Numbered from the stretch's first letter, positions 39,658-50,184 are shown. The stretch: 64,000 bases of DNA from an uncultured Verrucomicrobiae bacterium (GCA_963702845.1 OY969763.1:2208001-2272000), one strand, 5' to 3'. Notes: generated by a model not told the origin, from the sequence alone. Numbers and translations are program-made.

Positions 39658-41040
39658 TCAAAGCCCCCTCAACTTCCGATGCACGATAACGCGCGGCTTA
39701 GTCGCAATCAGATAACGCAACGCATCCGCCGCATCGTCGCCGCCGACGCCATCTTCGTCTGCGTCGACCTTCAGCACGTCCTCAGGCCGGTTCGGATCAT
39801 GTTGCAGCGCCGGCAACGTCTCAACTAACCGCCCGCACTTTTTGTGAATGAAAAGCGTCGGACGGATACCGGCTTCGGCGTCACCGAAGCGTGTCAGAAT
39901 TTCCGCCCACCCATTGATGCGATCCGTGTTCGCGCAGCGCAAAGTAATCCCGTGCTTCGCATACTGCGCGGCAATCGTTGTGCCGTCGCTCTGGCGCGAA
40001 AACACATCCGCACCAGCCACGCACCGTTTCAAACTGCTTGGTTGCAGGCCATGCCTGCCGAGCATCGCCTTGATTGCCGCCGCGTGACGTTGCGGCAACC
40101 ACATCCGCTCCGCGTGTTCATCCACGACGAACACGTTCCCGTCACAATCCGTGCAGCCGAGCAACACTACCGTGTAATGCGCGAAGCCATAGTCCAGCGC
40201 ACAAAACCATTCACGCGCCCGCTTGTCGTCGAAGTCCTCGATGACATGCACTTCCCTCCGCAGCGTCGTGAAGAACTGCCCCGCCGCGATGTCCCAATCC
40301 CCATCCAGCCACGCGCGACGCTGCCAACCGCTCAACCCCTGCAGTACCCGGATATATTCCGGGTTGTTCCAACGGTTGTCAGTCACACGCGCCGCCACAA
40401 ACCTCGTCTCCGTCTCGGCCTTGTTCAAAAAAGGCAGGACGAACCTCGACCGATACCACCCGTGACCGACGCCGCCCGGATTCGTCGTCGAATAGATACG
40501 TGGTCGCCAATTCGGTTTGCTTGTCCGACAACACGTCGTGATGTCCTGGTATTTCCGCGCCGTCAACGTCGTCGCCTCCTCGATGCCTATGACGTCGTAT
40601 TCGAGGCCGAGATACGCGTCGATGTCCTTCTCGTTCTGAAAATGCCCGGCAATGATCCGCGAGCCGTTATTGAATGTGAGGATGCCCCGAAACGCCGAGA
40701 ACTCGTGACCGAGCTTCGTGAATAGCTTTCGCCGCAGATCCTCGAAGTGCTCAAGGTTCGCCTTGCCGACCTTGCGCAGCAGTAAACATTTCAATCCTGG
40801 CACACGCTGACAATCATCGACGCCCATCTGGCCAAGCAACCAATGTGACTTGCCACCGCCGCGCGCGCCGCCGTAGCCGATTGCTGTCGGCCCGTCGGTA
40901 GTGTCGCAGAGCCTCGCCGCCGCGCTGGCCGCAAGCTGACGCTCCTGCAATACCACGTCCGCGCGCTCAAACCGTTGCATCTGGTCCTTCGGACAACCAG
41001 CGCGCCGCCCGATCAGAAAATACCTTTCCCAAGGCGTCAT
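39658..41040 (-). CDS. terL: Terminase large subunit
   Basis: YGGARGGGKS Walker A, IGIEEAT Walker B, TTNPGGVGHGW, ALDYGF and DDAADALRY nuclease motifs. Confidence 0.93.
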   Translation of the reverse strand: MTPWERYFLIGRRAGCPKDQMQRFERADVVLQERQLAASAAARLCDTTDGPTAIGYGGARGGGKSHWLLGQMGVDDCQRVPGLKCLLLRKVGKANLEHFEDLRRKLFTKLGHEFSAFRGILTFNNGSRIIAGHFQNEKDIDAYLGLEYDVIGIEEATTLTARKYQDITTCCRTSKPNWRPRIYSTTNPGGVGHGWYRSRFVLPFLNKAETETRFVAARVTDNRWNNPEYIRVLQGLSGWQRRAWLDGDWDIAAGQFFTTLRREVHVIEDFDDKRAREWFCALDYGFAHYTVVLLGCTDCDGNVFVVDEHAERMWLPQRHAAAIKAMLGRHGLQPSSLKRCVAGADVFSRQSDGTTIAAQYAKHGITLRCANTDRINGWAEILTRFGDAEAGIRPTLFIHKKCGRLVETLPALQHDPNRPEDVLKVDADEDGVGGDDAADALRYLIATKPRVIVHRKLRGL

Positions 41041-41615
41041 TGCGTTTTCTCCGGTAGCACGGGCGTTGCTTCGATATCCACCACCTCGCCGGGCAACGGC
41101 TCGCCATAAATCTTCTCCAGCGCGACCGTGACCTCGACGCGCACCATTGGCAAATCGTCACCGTTATCGCGCTCGCCGTTCGTGCCAAGCCCTGTCGCCA
41201 GCCGCCCGAGCTTGCTCGCGATCTCCAGCATTCGCGCGATGTCCGAGAGATTCGCATAAACCTTTTCGCGCGCCATGTAGGCATCGAGACCCCGTTGCGC
41301 CGCAGCAATCGCACGCTCATGCATTGCCCATTCCGTCTCGCGCAACTTCTGCTCGCGCCCCTCCCACTCCGCCGCCTTGCTTCGCGCCGTCGCCTCGATC
41401 GCCTCGCGCTCCACAATCGCCAGATGCGCCGAGTGCGCCTGCACTCGCGCCGACCAATCAAACCGCCGCGACCACTTTTCCATTTGCCCCTTACTCTTGC
41501 CTAACTTTTGCCCTACCAATTCCAGCGACCGCTCTGGGCCCATTCCGAGATACAATCCAAACGCCGCAAACGCTTTAGCTGACTCTTTCGGCTGTTGCTC
41601 AAAAATTAACGCCAT
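41037..41615 (-). CDS. Terminase small subunit (putative)
   Basis: ESAKAFAAF..Y..MGPERSL HTH...WSRRFDW.AR; coupled to terL. Confidence 0.75.
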   Translation of the reverse strand: MALIFEQQPKESAKAFAAFGLYLGMGPERSLELVGQKLGKSKGQMEKWSRRFDWSARVQAHSAHLAIVEREAIEATARSKAAEWEGREQKLRETEWAMHERAIAAAQRGLDAYMAREKVYANLSDIARMLEIASKLGRLATGLGTNGERDNGDDLPMVRVEVTVALEKIYGEPLPGEVVDIEATPVLPEKTQ

Positions 41616-41657
41616 AGTCCAAACTCCTTTTCAACAATGCCCCGTCGCGTGAAAACC

Positions 41658-41813
41658 ACGGACGCTACGGACGCATCTCCGCCATACCTTTTTATAAAAT
41701 TTTGTTTTCTCCCCACGCGCGTGCGGAGGTGGAAATGATCCGTCCGAACCGTCCGAGATTCCGTCCCCTTTGAAATCTCAAACGACTTGTATCCATGCGT
41801 CCGAACCGTCCGA
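41658..41813. promoter_or_regulatory. Putative replication origin (CGTCCG iterons around an AT-rich core)
   Basis: ACGGACGC x2 (41658-41674), AT tract 41689-41708, CGTCCGAACCGTCCGA at 41741 and 41798; directly downstream of the helicase gene. Confidence 0.6.
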
Positions 41814-41829
41814 CAACTCATCCATAGAT

Positions 41830-43380
41830 TTATGTGCATCGGATTCCTTTCCAGCCGCGTTGCGGCTTTTCGGCGTCGTCGGGGATGTCATGCCTGACCG
41901 TTAACCCATGCAGCCTGGTCATCGTGTCACCAATCACATTTGAGAACTTCTTTTTCGCCATCACCGTCCAACTCCGCTCATTACAGAAGCCAACATATTT
42001 CTCGTAACACTGCGCCACCGTCAGCGACGCCTCCGCGTCTTTGCAGACACACTCAGTGACAAAGACCACATCCGCTTCGGATTCCATCAGAAGATCGTCG
42101 ACCGTCGTTTGTTGTCGGGATGTCAGCCGAAGCTGCCATTCGTCGGCTCGAATCTTTTCCAACCCTGCCAGCATCCAATTCAGCACCCCCGAACCTTCAT
42201 CGGCGAGGATTCGCTCGCTCAAATCCGCAATGACATTCGTCGTTTTCGGTTTCCGATATTCAATGATTGCCAACCGTCGGCGCCACGCGTCCGCGTCGCC
42301 CTCCAGTCGCACCGTTAGCCGCGAATTGCAGGTTGCAATCGCATTGAACCGGCAAGTGATTTCCGGCCGTTCATTACTGCCCTTAAATTCCAGGGTGACC
42401 GGATCACCACCCGTCAACGCCTTCAGAACCGATGCGCCTTTGCAGTTGAGAAAATTGTCCGGCACATCCGCACCGTAGAGGAGCGATTTTCCGAGCAACC
42501 GTCCCAACTCAAAACGTTCCGCCAACAAATCCGGTCGCACCGTCCCCACGTTCCTGGCTCCAATGATCCCGACAATCACACGGATCAGCGTCCCCTTCCC
42601 TCCGCCGGCCGTGCCGGTAAGAATGACGAACCGCTGCGCTAGGTTGACGCCAATCAGGGCCAGACCACACCAACGTTGCAGTAGTTCGATGTCTTCAGGT
42701 TCAAGCGCAGGCTCTAATAGCGTTTTCAGAAACAAAGGGCACTCAGCACCCGCACGAAATTCTACCCCAAGCTTATTCCGTCGCCGGTATTGCGGGCCGA
42801 AGTCGAGCAGCGTTCTGTCAGAAACGCGGAGCACGCCGTTTTTACACGGAACAAACTCCATCAAATCGGTTTGGAAAAAATCGGGACCGACCTCCAGCAA
42901 ACCGCGCGCTCGCGTCATAACCCCTTTCAGATTCGCCGAGTCCCGAAACTTAAATTCCAAATTCCGCACATCAAACTTCGGGGCGCAGTCGCGCGCACAA
43001 TTCAGCAGCAGCTCGCTCAACCTCGCTGTAAGCAGCGGTTCGCGTGTCTCGCAATAAATCCCCTCCTCCGGCGTATAGGTATAGAAGCGGTCCTCTGCCG
43101 CCGCAAAAACAGTCGGCCATTCTTTAGAACCGTCCTCACCCAGAGACGCCGCCAGAAAATCTTCCGACAAATCTTTGACGAACGGCTTTTCGCCCTCTTT
43201 GACCGGCACGACCTCTTGCGCCGCCGAACCATATTTGTTTTCCAAAGCCGGATATTTCGCCGCGAACCACGCCGCCGGAGTGTCCGGCGTTGCAGTGCCC
43301 GAGGGAATAGCGCCAGCGGGCGCGGCCTCAACTCCATTCGATTTCGCCCACTCCTGTAATTTCTCCAACGGCTCATTCAT
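41830..43380 (-). CDS. P4/D5-family SF3 DNA helicase
   Basis: VPCKNGVL (D5_N), LTGTAGGGKGT, LKALTGGD, AWRRRLAII. Confidence 0.88.
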   Translation of the reverse strand: MNEPLEKLQEWAKSNGVEAAPAGAIPSGTATPDTPAAWFAAKYPALENKYGSAAQEVVPVKEGEKPFVKDLSEDFLAASLGEDGSKEWPTVFAAAEDRFYTYTPEEGIYCETREPLLTARLSELLLNCARDCAPKFDVRNLEFKFRDSANLKGVMTRARGLLEVGPDFFQTDLMEFVPCKNGVLRVSDRTLLDFGPQYRRRNKLGVEFRAGAECPLFLKTLLEPALEPEDIELLQRWCGLALIGVNLAQRFVILTGTAGGGKGTLIRVIVGIIGARNVGTVRPDLLAERFELGRLLGKSLLYGADVPDNFLNCKGASVLKALTGGDPVTLEFKGSNERPEITCRFNAIATCNSRLTVRLEGDADAWRRRLAIIEYRKPKTTNVIADLSERILADEGSGVLNWMLAGLEKIRADEWQLRLTSRQQTTVDDLLMESEADVVFVTECVCKDAEASLTVAQCYEKYVGFCNERSWTVMAKKKFSNVIGDTMTRLHGLTVRHDIPDDAEKPQRGWKGIRCT

Positions 43381-44427
43381 GCCGCCACCTCCGGTGAGTA
43401 AAGCGCCACTCGCGCCCCTTGTTTCTCAATCGGAACGCCAGTCGGTTTCGGGTTGAGATACATCAGCCGTTGCAACCGCTCGCCTCGCATCGCCTGCGGC
43501 AACCGTGTCAAACGAACCGCCGACAACGCGCCCGGATCAGCCCCAAGCGTCACCAGCACCGGCTTCATTTTTCTGACAATCGAATCCCAGTCGCTTTTCG
43601 TCGCCGCATCAATCCGCACCAGCGCGTGAATCGATCGACCGCCCGAACTGCAAATGCAGGAAATCGGCAGCGGCATTTGCACCAGGCAACGCAACCACTC
43701 ATCCGGATTCGCTTCGTCACTTTCCAAAACGACGTATCGCCATGCCGTCACGGATTCTTCTGACCGCCGCGACATCTTCCCGCCGAGGCGGGGATTCTGA
43801 TGAAACACGCCGTCCACCGGTTGCGGCAGGAACCAAACGCCATCCGGGCCAGTCGGTAAATCTCGATTCTGAATCTCGTCATTGCGCTCCGTTTCCCAAA
43901 CAAACTGCCCTTGCGACTTCATGTCCGAAAAAATCAGGAGGCGTTCGCCCACATTTTTTTTGTAGAGCCACCGCAAGACACTCGCGCTGTCCTGCCTGTC
44001 AACTTGCACCGGCGACAGTCGCCCCGATTGCCGCAACAACGTCCCGGATCGTCACTTTTTCCGCGACCCGTTTCAAAACCTTCGGACAAAACGCCGGTTT
44101 GCGAACCGGTTGAACAGCAATCGCTCGTGCAGACGGAGTCGGCGCGCTTTCTGGATTTCCATCTCCCGAGAGATGACCCCGCGCAAACGCATGTTGTGCA
44201 TTTGCTGCCGACGTGATTTTGTGGATCAAATCGGATTCCGACCATGGCGGCACGCAACCTCGATTCCACTCCCGCAACAACACCAGCGCATCCGGTTCTG
44301 ATAGCGCAAAACCCCACGCTAAAATCGACGCGACATGAAACGTCGCATCATGCCCGTGCTGACCGCTGACCGCGACCGGACACTTTGCGATATACCGCCG
44401 CGCCCGTTCAAAGATAGGCAAGCTCAT
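43377..44427 (-). CDS. DNA primase (PriCT-1-like domain plus AEP-like domain), split by a frameshift near 44020
   Basis: ORF 43999..44427 (AVSGQHGHDATF...WN..CVPPWSESDL..KI) overlaps ORF 43377..44039 (VLESD, SSGGRSIHALVR, VRLTRLP). Confidence 0.72.
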
Positions 44428-44504
44428 GGTGTGTGTTGCCTACCCGCGTTCCTGAAAAGATCAGCGGCACCGATGCACCGCCCGCGAGGAAGCTTATGAA
44501 GTCG

Positions 44505-44747
44505 TTAGTTCGCCACTGGAGCGGATTGAGCCAACGTCCGACCGCGAACGAGCCGCGTGCCGGCAAGCGCCGCCCGGACCATATCGACATCAAAGAACAC
44601 TAGATGCCCGATTCGGATATGGGGAATCGCCTTCGCTTTGGTTTGAGAGCGCAGCCAGCGAATACTCGGTTTGCACTCGGGGGTGAACACTTCAGCAAGC
44701 ATTTGCTCTGCGTTCACCAGTTTTCCATTTACAGCTTTTTCGTTCAT
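44505..44747 (-). CDS. Excisionase/AlpA-like winged-helix protein
   Basis: 80-aa basic ORF PSIRWLR...IPHIRIGHLVFFD; divergent from the repressor. Confidence 0.7.
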   Translation of the reverse strand: MNEKAVNGKLVNAEQMLAEVFTPECKPSIRWLRSQTKAKAIPHIRIGHLVFFDVDMVRAALAGTRLVRGRTLAQSAPVAN

Positions 44748-44913
44748 TTCTAATACTCCGCAGTCAACGCTCCGCCTCCGCCCGGCTTGCCTTGCTCCGC
44801 TCCTGCGAATGCCGCTCACCGAATCTCTGCGCTGCGTCGCGTTGCCGGATATGTATGACAGATATGTATAAAAGGAGTAGATATTTAATGCGTATATGCT
44901 ATGCATCAGCTGA

Positions 44914-45648
44914 ATGAGAATATCGCCGCAGCGCCACACCCTAGCCGTCCTCCGCTCAATTATCGGCATTACGCAGAAGGAAATGGCGCAAGTTGCAGAA
45001 TGCTCTCCGCCTACCATTCAAGCCATCGAGCTGGGTAAGTTGAAGCTCAGCGAAAAGCTGGGCGGATTGATCGCGCTACGCACTGGCGTCGCGTTGAAGT
45101 GGCTTTTAGATGACAACGTTGCATCAGCTCCCGTTACCGACGAGGGTCATCCATTCACCAAAGACGTCTACCACCAGACCCAGGCATTTATTAACGCGCC
45201 ATCGCCGCCGCAATTCTCTTTGTTCCAGCCGATGGTTTCGTTTCAGTCCAACGTGTTTCGTTTGGCCAGCATCCTCTTAAAAGCACACAAGGATAAGAAG
45301 GTCACCCTTTGCGCATACAAAATTGCTAAAGCCATGGACGAACTGGATCGCGAGTTCGGCATAACCGACGACGACAGAGCCTTCTTCGCAACTAAAATGC
45401 TTGCCCCCAATCCCAACAAGCCGACGGGGTCACCCGGCGACACGCTGTTTACCACTTTCAACAAAACCATCCAATCGCTCAGCCCGAAATATAAGTCACC
45501 GGCATACGACGAACCTCTCCGTTTCACCATCACGCCGGACGGACAAGTCACTCAGTCGACCGCTCCGGACATTCAAGCCTTGGCGAAATCAGCGAAGAAT
45601 CGTCACGCAAAAAAAGCTGCGAAGAAGAAAAGCCCGCGTAATCAGTAG
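44914..45648 (+). CDS. XRE-family transcriptional repressor
   Basis: LRSIIGITQKEMAQVAECSPPTIQAIELGK HTH. Confidence 0.82.
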   Translation: MRISPQRHTLAVLRSIIGITQKEMAQVAECSPPTIQAIELGKLKLSEKLGGLIALRTGVALKWLLDDNVASAPVTDEGHPFTKDVYHQTQAFINAPSPPQFSLFQPMVSFQSNVFRLASILLKAHKDKKVTLCAYKIAKAMDELDREFGITDDDRAFFATKMLAPNPNKPTGSPGDTLFTTFNKTIQSLSPKYKSPAYDEPLRFTITPDGQVTQSTAPDIQALAKSAKNRHAKKAAKKKSPRNQ

Positions 45649-45688
45649 ATGAGTAATCGTTGGAAAGAGCTGCGAAACAGGCCTAAAA

Positions 45689-45709
45689 ATTTGCCCAATT
45701 ATTTGCCCA
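45689..45709. repeat. Tandem ATTTGCCCA arm-type site (right end)
   Basis: ATTTGCCCAATTATTTGCCCA, identical to 13459-13479. Confidence 0.75.
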
Positions 45710-45834
45710 AAATCGTTCACTTTTCGGCAAATACTTTCCCTTTCTCGCATTTTGCTTCACCGACCGACAAAAACCAAAACAGCAAGCAAACCCTTTATTT
45801 GCAGTGGTTTTAACGATTTCCACGTAGAAAAGAA

Positions 45835-45909
45835 TGGAGCCAGCTGTCGGGATTGAACCGACGACCGACGGTTTACAAAACCGTTGCTCTACCACTGAGC
45901 TAAGCTGGC
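45835..45909 (-). tRNA. tRNA-Thr(UGU), 75 nt with encoded CCA; integration target
   Basis: GCCAGCTTAGCTCAGTGGTAGAGCAACGGTTTTGTAAACCGTCGGTCGTCGGTTCAATCCCGACAGCTGGCTCCA folds as a cloverleaf with anticodon TGT. Confidence 0.97.
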
Positions 45910-45995
45910 CAAGTGCGGCGTAATATGGGGGCACGCTGGCTGAAATTCAAGGATTCAGTCCGCGTTTGTGATCAGAATTTTCGCGCTGCGGCCGC

Positions 45996-47303
45996 TTACG
46001 CCTTATACATCTTCAATTTCCACGGACTGCGATATTCGCGCTCGTAGGAAATGCAGTGTTTTACGTCGCTGTGATTGGTGATATCCTGCTTCGCGGCGTC
46101 CCATTGGACGGTCTTGCCGCATTCGTAGGAAATGTTGCCGAGGTGGCAAAGCATTGTTGTTTTGGCCATCGATTCGATGCCAGAACGTGGCGTTTCGCGC
46201 GTTTTGACGCAATCGAGGAAGTTTTGCCAATGAACGCTTTCGGTGCGCTCCAGTTTGGGCGGTTCTTCGACCTTCTTCGGATCACCGTTCGGGAAGAATT
46301 GATAACCTTCACGATCAACAATGAGCGTTCCTTTGGTCCCGATGAATTCGGAGCCGTGACTGCGACCGCCATCGACGCCGCGTTGATTGTTGAAGCGGTA
46401 TTCCCAATTCATCGTGAATTTCGGGAATTGATAGATCGCCTGCATCGTGTCCGGCGTATCGCGATCGTCGTCCATCGTGAACTTGCCGCCGCTAGTCGCG
46501 ACGCGGGTCGGTTCCTGTTGCATCGCGAGCAGGACGATGTCGATCATGTGGACGCCCCAATCGGTCATGAGACCGCCGCCGTATTCGTAAAACCAGCGCC
46601 ATGTATAATGACAACGGTTTGGCTGATACGGGCGTTTTGGCGCGGGCCCGAGCCACATGTCGTAATCGAGACCGGCTGGAACAGGTTGCGGGCTTTGATG
46701 GCCGATCGATTTATCCTGACCGGTAATCCATGCACGGCAGATATTGATGTCGCCCATCTTTCCAGACTGCACATATTCAATCGCTTTCTGGAAATGGTTC
46801 ATGCTGCGCTGCCAGGTGCCGATTTGCACAACCGGTTTGAAATGCCGCGCGGCGCTCAACATTGCTTTAGCTTCGACGAAACTTTGCGAAATTGGTTTTT
46901 CGCAGTAAATATCCTTCCCAGCTTCGCACGCTGCGATGAAAGGAATCGCGTGCCAATGGTCGGGCGTGCCGATGATGACCGCGTTGATATCTTTTTGTTC
47001 GAGCAGCTTGCGAAAATCTTTGTAACGCTTCGGAGCCGGTTGCCCCTTTTTCGTCACTTCATCCGAAGCGCGATCCATGTGTTTTTCGTCGACGTCGCAC
47101 ACCGCGGCAATCGAAATGCCGAGATCGAGAAAATGTTTCATATTCTCGCGGCCCATGCCACCACAACCGATGAGCCCCATCACCACGCGGTCATTCGCGC
47201 CTTTCGCCTGAGCATAAATGCGAGGCGCTAAGGAAAGGCCGAGGCCGAGGCCGGCGGCGGCAGTGCTGGTGCGGGTGAGGAATTGACGACGTGTAGTATT
47301 CAT
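45996..47303 (-). CDS. Gfo/Idh/MocA oxidoreductase, Tat-exported
   Basis: TRRQFL, IGCGGMG, TPDHWH, YCEKP, DWGVHMID. Confidence 0.92.
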   Translation of the reverse strand: MNTTRRQFLTRTSTAAAGLGLGLSLAPRIYAQAKGANDRVVMGLIGCGGMGRENMKHFLDLGISIAAVCDVDEKHMDRASDEVTKKGQPAPKRYKDFRKLLEQKDINAVIIGTPDHWHAIPFIAACEAGKDIYCEKPISQSFVEAKAMLSAARHFKPVVQIGTWQRSMNHFQKAIEYVQSGKMGDINICRAWITGQDKSIGHQSPQPVPAGLDYDMWLGPAPKRPYQPNRCHYTWRWFYEYGGGLMTDWGVHMIDIVLLAMQQEPTRVATSGGKFTMDDDRDTPDTMQAIYQFPKFTMNWEYRFNNQRGVDGGRSHGSEFIGTKGTLIVDREGYQFFPNGDPKKVEEPPKLERTESVHWQNFLDCVKTRETPRSGIESMAKTTMLCHLGNISYECGKTVQWDAAKQDITNHSDVKHCISYEREYRSPWKLKMYKA

Positions 47304-47382
47304 GGGCTACGCAGTTTAGGAGACGTTGTGAGCTGAGGTCAAATTTACAATTTTATTTTTGGCAGGACGTTAGCCCTCTTGG

Positions 47383-48684
47383 TCATTTCGGGGTCACTAC
47401 ATTCAATCCGATTTGAGCGCGGTCTTGGGCGTGGTTGATAACGAGGTTCTGGCCGCGCAGACGGTTGCCGACAATGATCGCAGCGTCCATTGCGTTTTCA
47501 ATCACGACTTGGGTTTTGCCGAGATCGATGAAATCGCAATTGCTCACGGTGACACCGCCGCGTTTGGCGTGGATGGCGGGAGCTTTGACATCTTTTTGGC
47601 CCCAACCGATGAAATGGCAACTGTTGAATGTCACGTGGCCGGAGCCATTGAGCATAGCATGGTAGTCGGTTGTGGCGATTCCCCAAAAACCGCAGGCAGT
47701 AAATTTCACGGGACCGGAATTTGATTCCGCGACTTCGACACCAGACATGAACTGGCCATTCACAAACGAAATCCCAGCGTGGGTCTGACTACTCTCGACG
47801 CGCACGGCAGTTGGGCCGATATCGGAACCGCATTGCGTGAGCAGACAATTGCCCGGGCCGCTTGCGCGTTGGGTGAATTGATAGCCGACGTGGTAACCAA
47901 TACAAAAGCAGTTGCTCAGGAATTCCCAATCGGTGCGGCAGAGAACGAATGCAATCGCTTCTTTGCGCATGAACTCGTAAAGCGGCCCGTCCCATCCGCC
48001 CCAGAACGACCAGAAATGGACGTTCTCAATGCGTCCGACGTCGTAACATTGGTCGACAAAAAGTCCGCGATAAAGTGGTTGGCCGTAAAGGCCGCTGATG
48101 AAATGTCGCCCAGCCGGTGTGGTTCCGAAATCAACTCCTTGATACGGATTCACCAGCAGCACGTTCAGCAAAGAAATGTTGTCGCCACTGCCGCGAATCG
48201 TCCATGGATACGCTACCGGCGGATTTGTCAGCGTCTGTTCGGGATAAAAAATCGTCATGCCACGGAGCGACGAATTGACCTGAAGCGTAATGAAGGGTGT
48301 GCCATCGGCCTTGCCGGCGTCGGCGGTGGCGAGGAGAACGCTGCCATCGTGAGCATTCCGCGACGGCGCTTGCGAACAGCCCTCGAGACAGACATTCGGC
48401 GGAACCGTCAGATTGCCTTTAATGAGATAACGACCAAACGGAACAAAAACCGTTTTGATATTCCCACTGGAAGCGGTTTTTAGTGCAGTCGCGAACGCTT
48501 CCGTGTCGTCGGTTTTTCCATCAGCAGTTGCGCCGAAATCGCGGACATTCAGGGCCGCACCGTTCACTTGCGCAGGCGGAGTTTGCCCCTGCCCTTGTGT
48601 CGATGAGGCGCCAAGAACACCTGCAACTGCACCGAAACTGATTCCGGTGAGCCAATCGCGACGAGACAAATCTTTATTGGTCAC
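47383..48684 (-). CDS. Right-handed beta-helix (pectate lyase 3-like) protein, Tat-exported
   Basis: SRRDWL, NVRDFGATADGKTDDTEAF, VFVPFGRY. Confidence 0.8.
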   Translation of the reverse strand: MTNKDLSRRDWLTGISFGAVAGVLGASSTQGQGQTPPAQVNGAALNVRDFGATADGKTDDTEAFATALKTASSGNIKTVFVPFGRYLIKGNLTVPPNVCLEGCSQAPSRNAHDGSVLLATADAGKADGTPFITLQVNSSLRGMTIFYPEQTLTNPPVAYPWTIRGSGDNISLLNVLLVNPYQGVDFGTTPAGRHFISGLYGQPLYRGLFVDQCYDVGRIENVHFWSFWGGWDGPLYEFMRKEAIAFVLCRTDWEFLSNCFCIGYHVGYQFTQRASGPGNCLLTQCGSDIGPTAVRVESSQTHAGISFVNGQFMSGVEVAESNSGPVKFTACGFWGIATTDYHAMLNGSGHVTFNSCHFIGWGQKDVKAPAIHAKRGGVTVSNCDFIDLGKTQVVIENAMDAAIIVGNRLRGQNLVINHAQDRAQIGLNVVTPK

Positions 48685-48789
48685 AAGTTATAGACAGAAT
48701 GAACGCAGTGATATTCACACAAGAGTAGGCGCTGATGATTTGATAAGAATCTCAAGCTGCAGGTGTCATCGACGGTAACGGATTGAAAC

Positions 48790-49986
48790 TCAGATTTTGA
48801 ATTGTGGGATTTTGAATAATTCGCCGTCTTTCATCGCGGACTTGTGCGCCACAATTCCCGCCACGGTCATATTTAATGCGGCGGCAATATCGACGAGCGG
48901 TTTACGATCTTGCAATATCGCGCTGACGAATTCGTTGCACAGATACCCATGCGACCCACCGTGGCCGCCCGGTGAAACACCCGGAGGCAACGGTGGCCGT
49001 TTGATCGAAGGAATTTGCGCCGCTGCAACTTCCGTGACGAACTCGCCGAAAAACGATCCCTTCTCGCCACGCATGCGTCCCATCTCACCGCCATGACCGG
49101 GAGTATCCCAACTCACTCCCATTCGCGACATTCCACCTTCACTCGTTCGGAAGAGCGCGATTTCGGTGCCGAACGGATTTTTGTAACGGTTCTTGTCCGG
49201 CTGCAAATAATCAAGACGGCTGCGCATTCCCTGGCATGAGACCTCGATGAAACTCCCGCCGGTGACGCATATATAATATGCATTGGAATGCGTCGGATAA
49301 AATTGCGGCGGCAACCCGATGCGCCAGCCCTTGAACGAATCGATCGGCTGCGGCATGAAATGGAAGTATTCGCCTTCGGAGTAAACGACTTTGCCGAATC
49401 CGCCTGCGTTATAGATTTGGCGCATGGCGTAGAGATCCTCGTGAAAGCACGACGTTTCAAACATCATGTATTTGAGGCCGCTCTTTTTAACCGCATCGAA
49501 CAACTTGTTCGCGTCCTCGATTGATCCAAACACTGCTGGCACCGCCGAAGCGACGTGTTTGCCATGTTTGAGCGCTTCCAAAGCGTGGCGCGCGTGACTT
49601 GGCGCATCCGTTGCGATGAAGACTGCTTCGATGCTGTCATCTTTCACCAACTCCTCAAGAGACGGATACGTCTTCGCACAACGACATTGTTTCGCCAACT
49701 CTGCGCAGCGGTCCGGCATTAAATCGCTGACTGCGACGACTTCGACGTTTGGGTGATCCTGGAACCCAAACGCAGAGCCGAATTTGCAAACACCATTTCC
49801 GATAATGCCGACGCGAATTTTGCGATCGGAGATCGGCTGCCAACCTGTGTGAGCGTCGGCTTTGTCTTTAGCGCGTTCAAAACCTTGAATTGTCTTTTCG
49901 GCGGCGCTCGCAGCAAAGCCAGCGGCCGCCGCAGACATCCCGGCGACTTGCAGGAAGGAACGTCGGGTAACTCGTTGAGTGGACAT
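48790..49986 (-). CDS. Gfo/Idh/MocA oxidoreductase, Tat-exported
   Basis: TRRSFL, IRVGIIG, GKHVASAVP, GGHGGSH. Confidence 0.88.
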   Translation of the reverse strand: MSTQRVTRRSFLQVAGMSAAAAGFAASAAEKTIQGFERAKDKADAHTGWQPISDRKIRVGIIGNGVCKFGSAFGFQDHPNVEVVAVSDLMPDRCAELAKQCRCAKTYPSLEELVKDDSIEAVFIATDAPSHARHALEALKHGKHVASAVPAVFGSIEDANKLFDAVKKSGLKYMMFETSCFHEDLYAMRQIYNAGGFGKVVYSEGEYFHFMPQPIDSFKGWRIGLPPQFYPTHSNAYYICVTGGSFIEVSCQGMRSRLDYLQPDKNRYKNPFGTEIALFRTSEGGMSRMGVSWDTPGHGGEMGRMRGEKGSFFGEFVTEVAAAQIPSIKRPPLPPGVSPGGHGGSHGYLCNEFVSAILQDRKPLVDIAAALNMTVAGIVAHKSAMKDGELFKIPQFKI

Positions 49987-50184
49987 GCAGCCAGCATCCG
50001 AAGTCGCGAGCGCTCGTCAAGCGCAAACGCGACTCACCCACCCCTGTTTGAGACTTTTCATTATCCCGAAAAACGACTGTTGCCGGATTCCCGCGTAACC
50101 CTGTCAATGCGACGATATTAAGGAAACTGGGTACAGTCTCGGGCTTCTTCGCCTGTGACGCGGCTCACTAACAGAGATGGCCCA

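Larger units (their letters stand above)
13354..45882. mobile_element. Integrated phage-like element (head-encoding, tail-less; prophage remnant or capsid-forming satellite) at tRNA-Thr
   Basis: Identical 50-bp direct repeats at 13354-13403 and 45833-45882 containing the tRNA 3' part; integrase, terminases, portal, capsid, primase/helicase and repressor lie between them. Confidence 0.93.

Noticed and set aside
43999..44039. Programmed frameshift in the primase
   Set aside because: No clear slippery heptamer is visible at the junction, and similar shifts in host genes point to sequence error.
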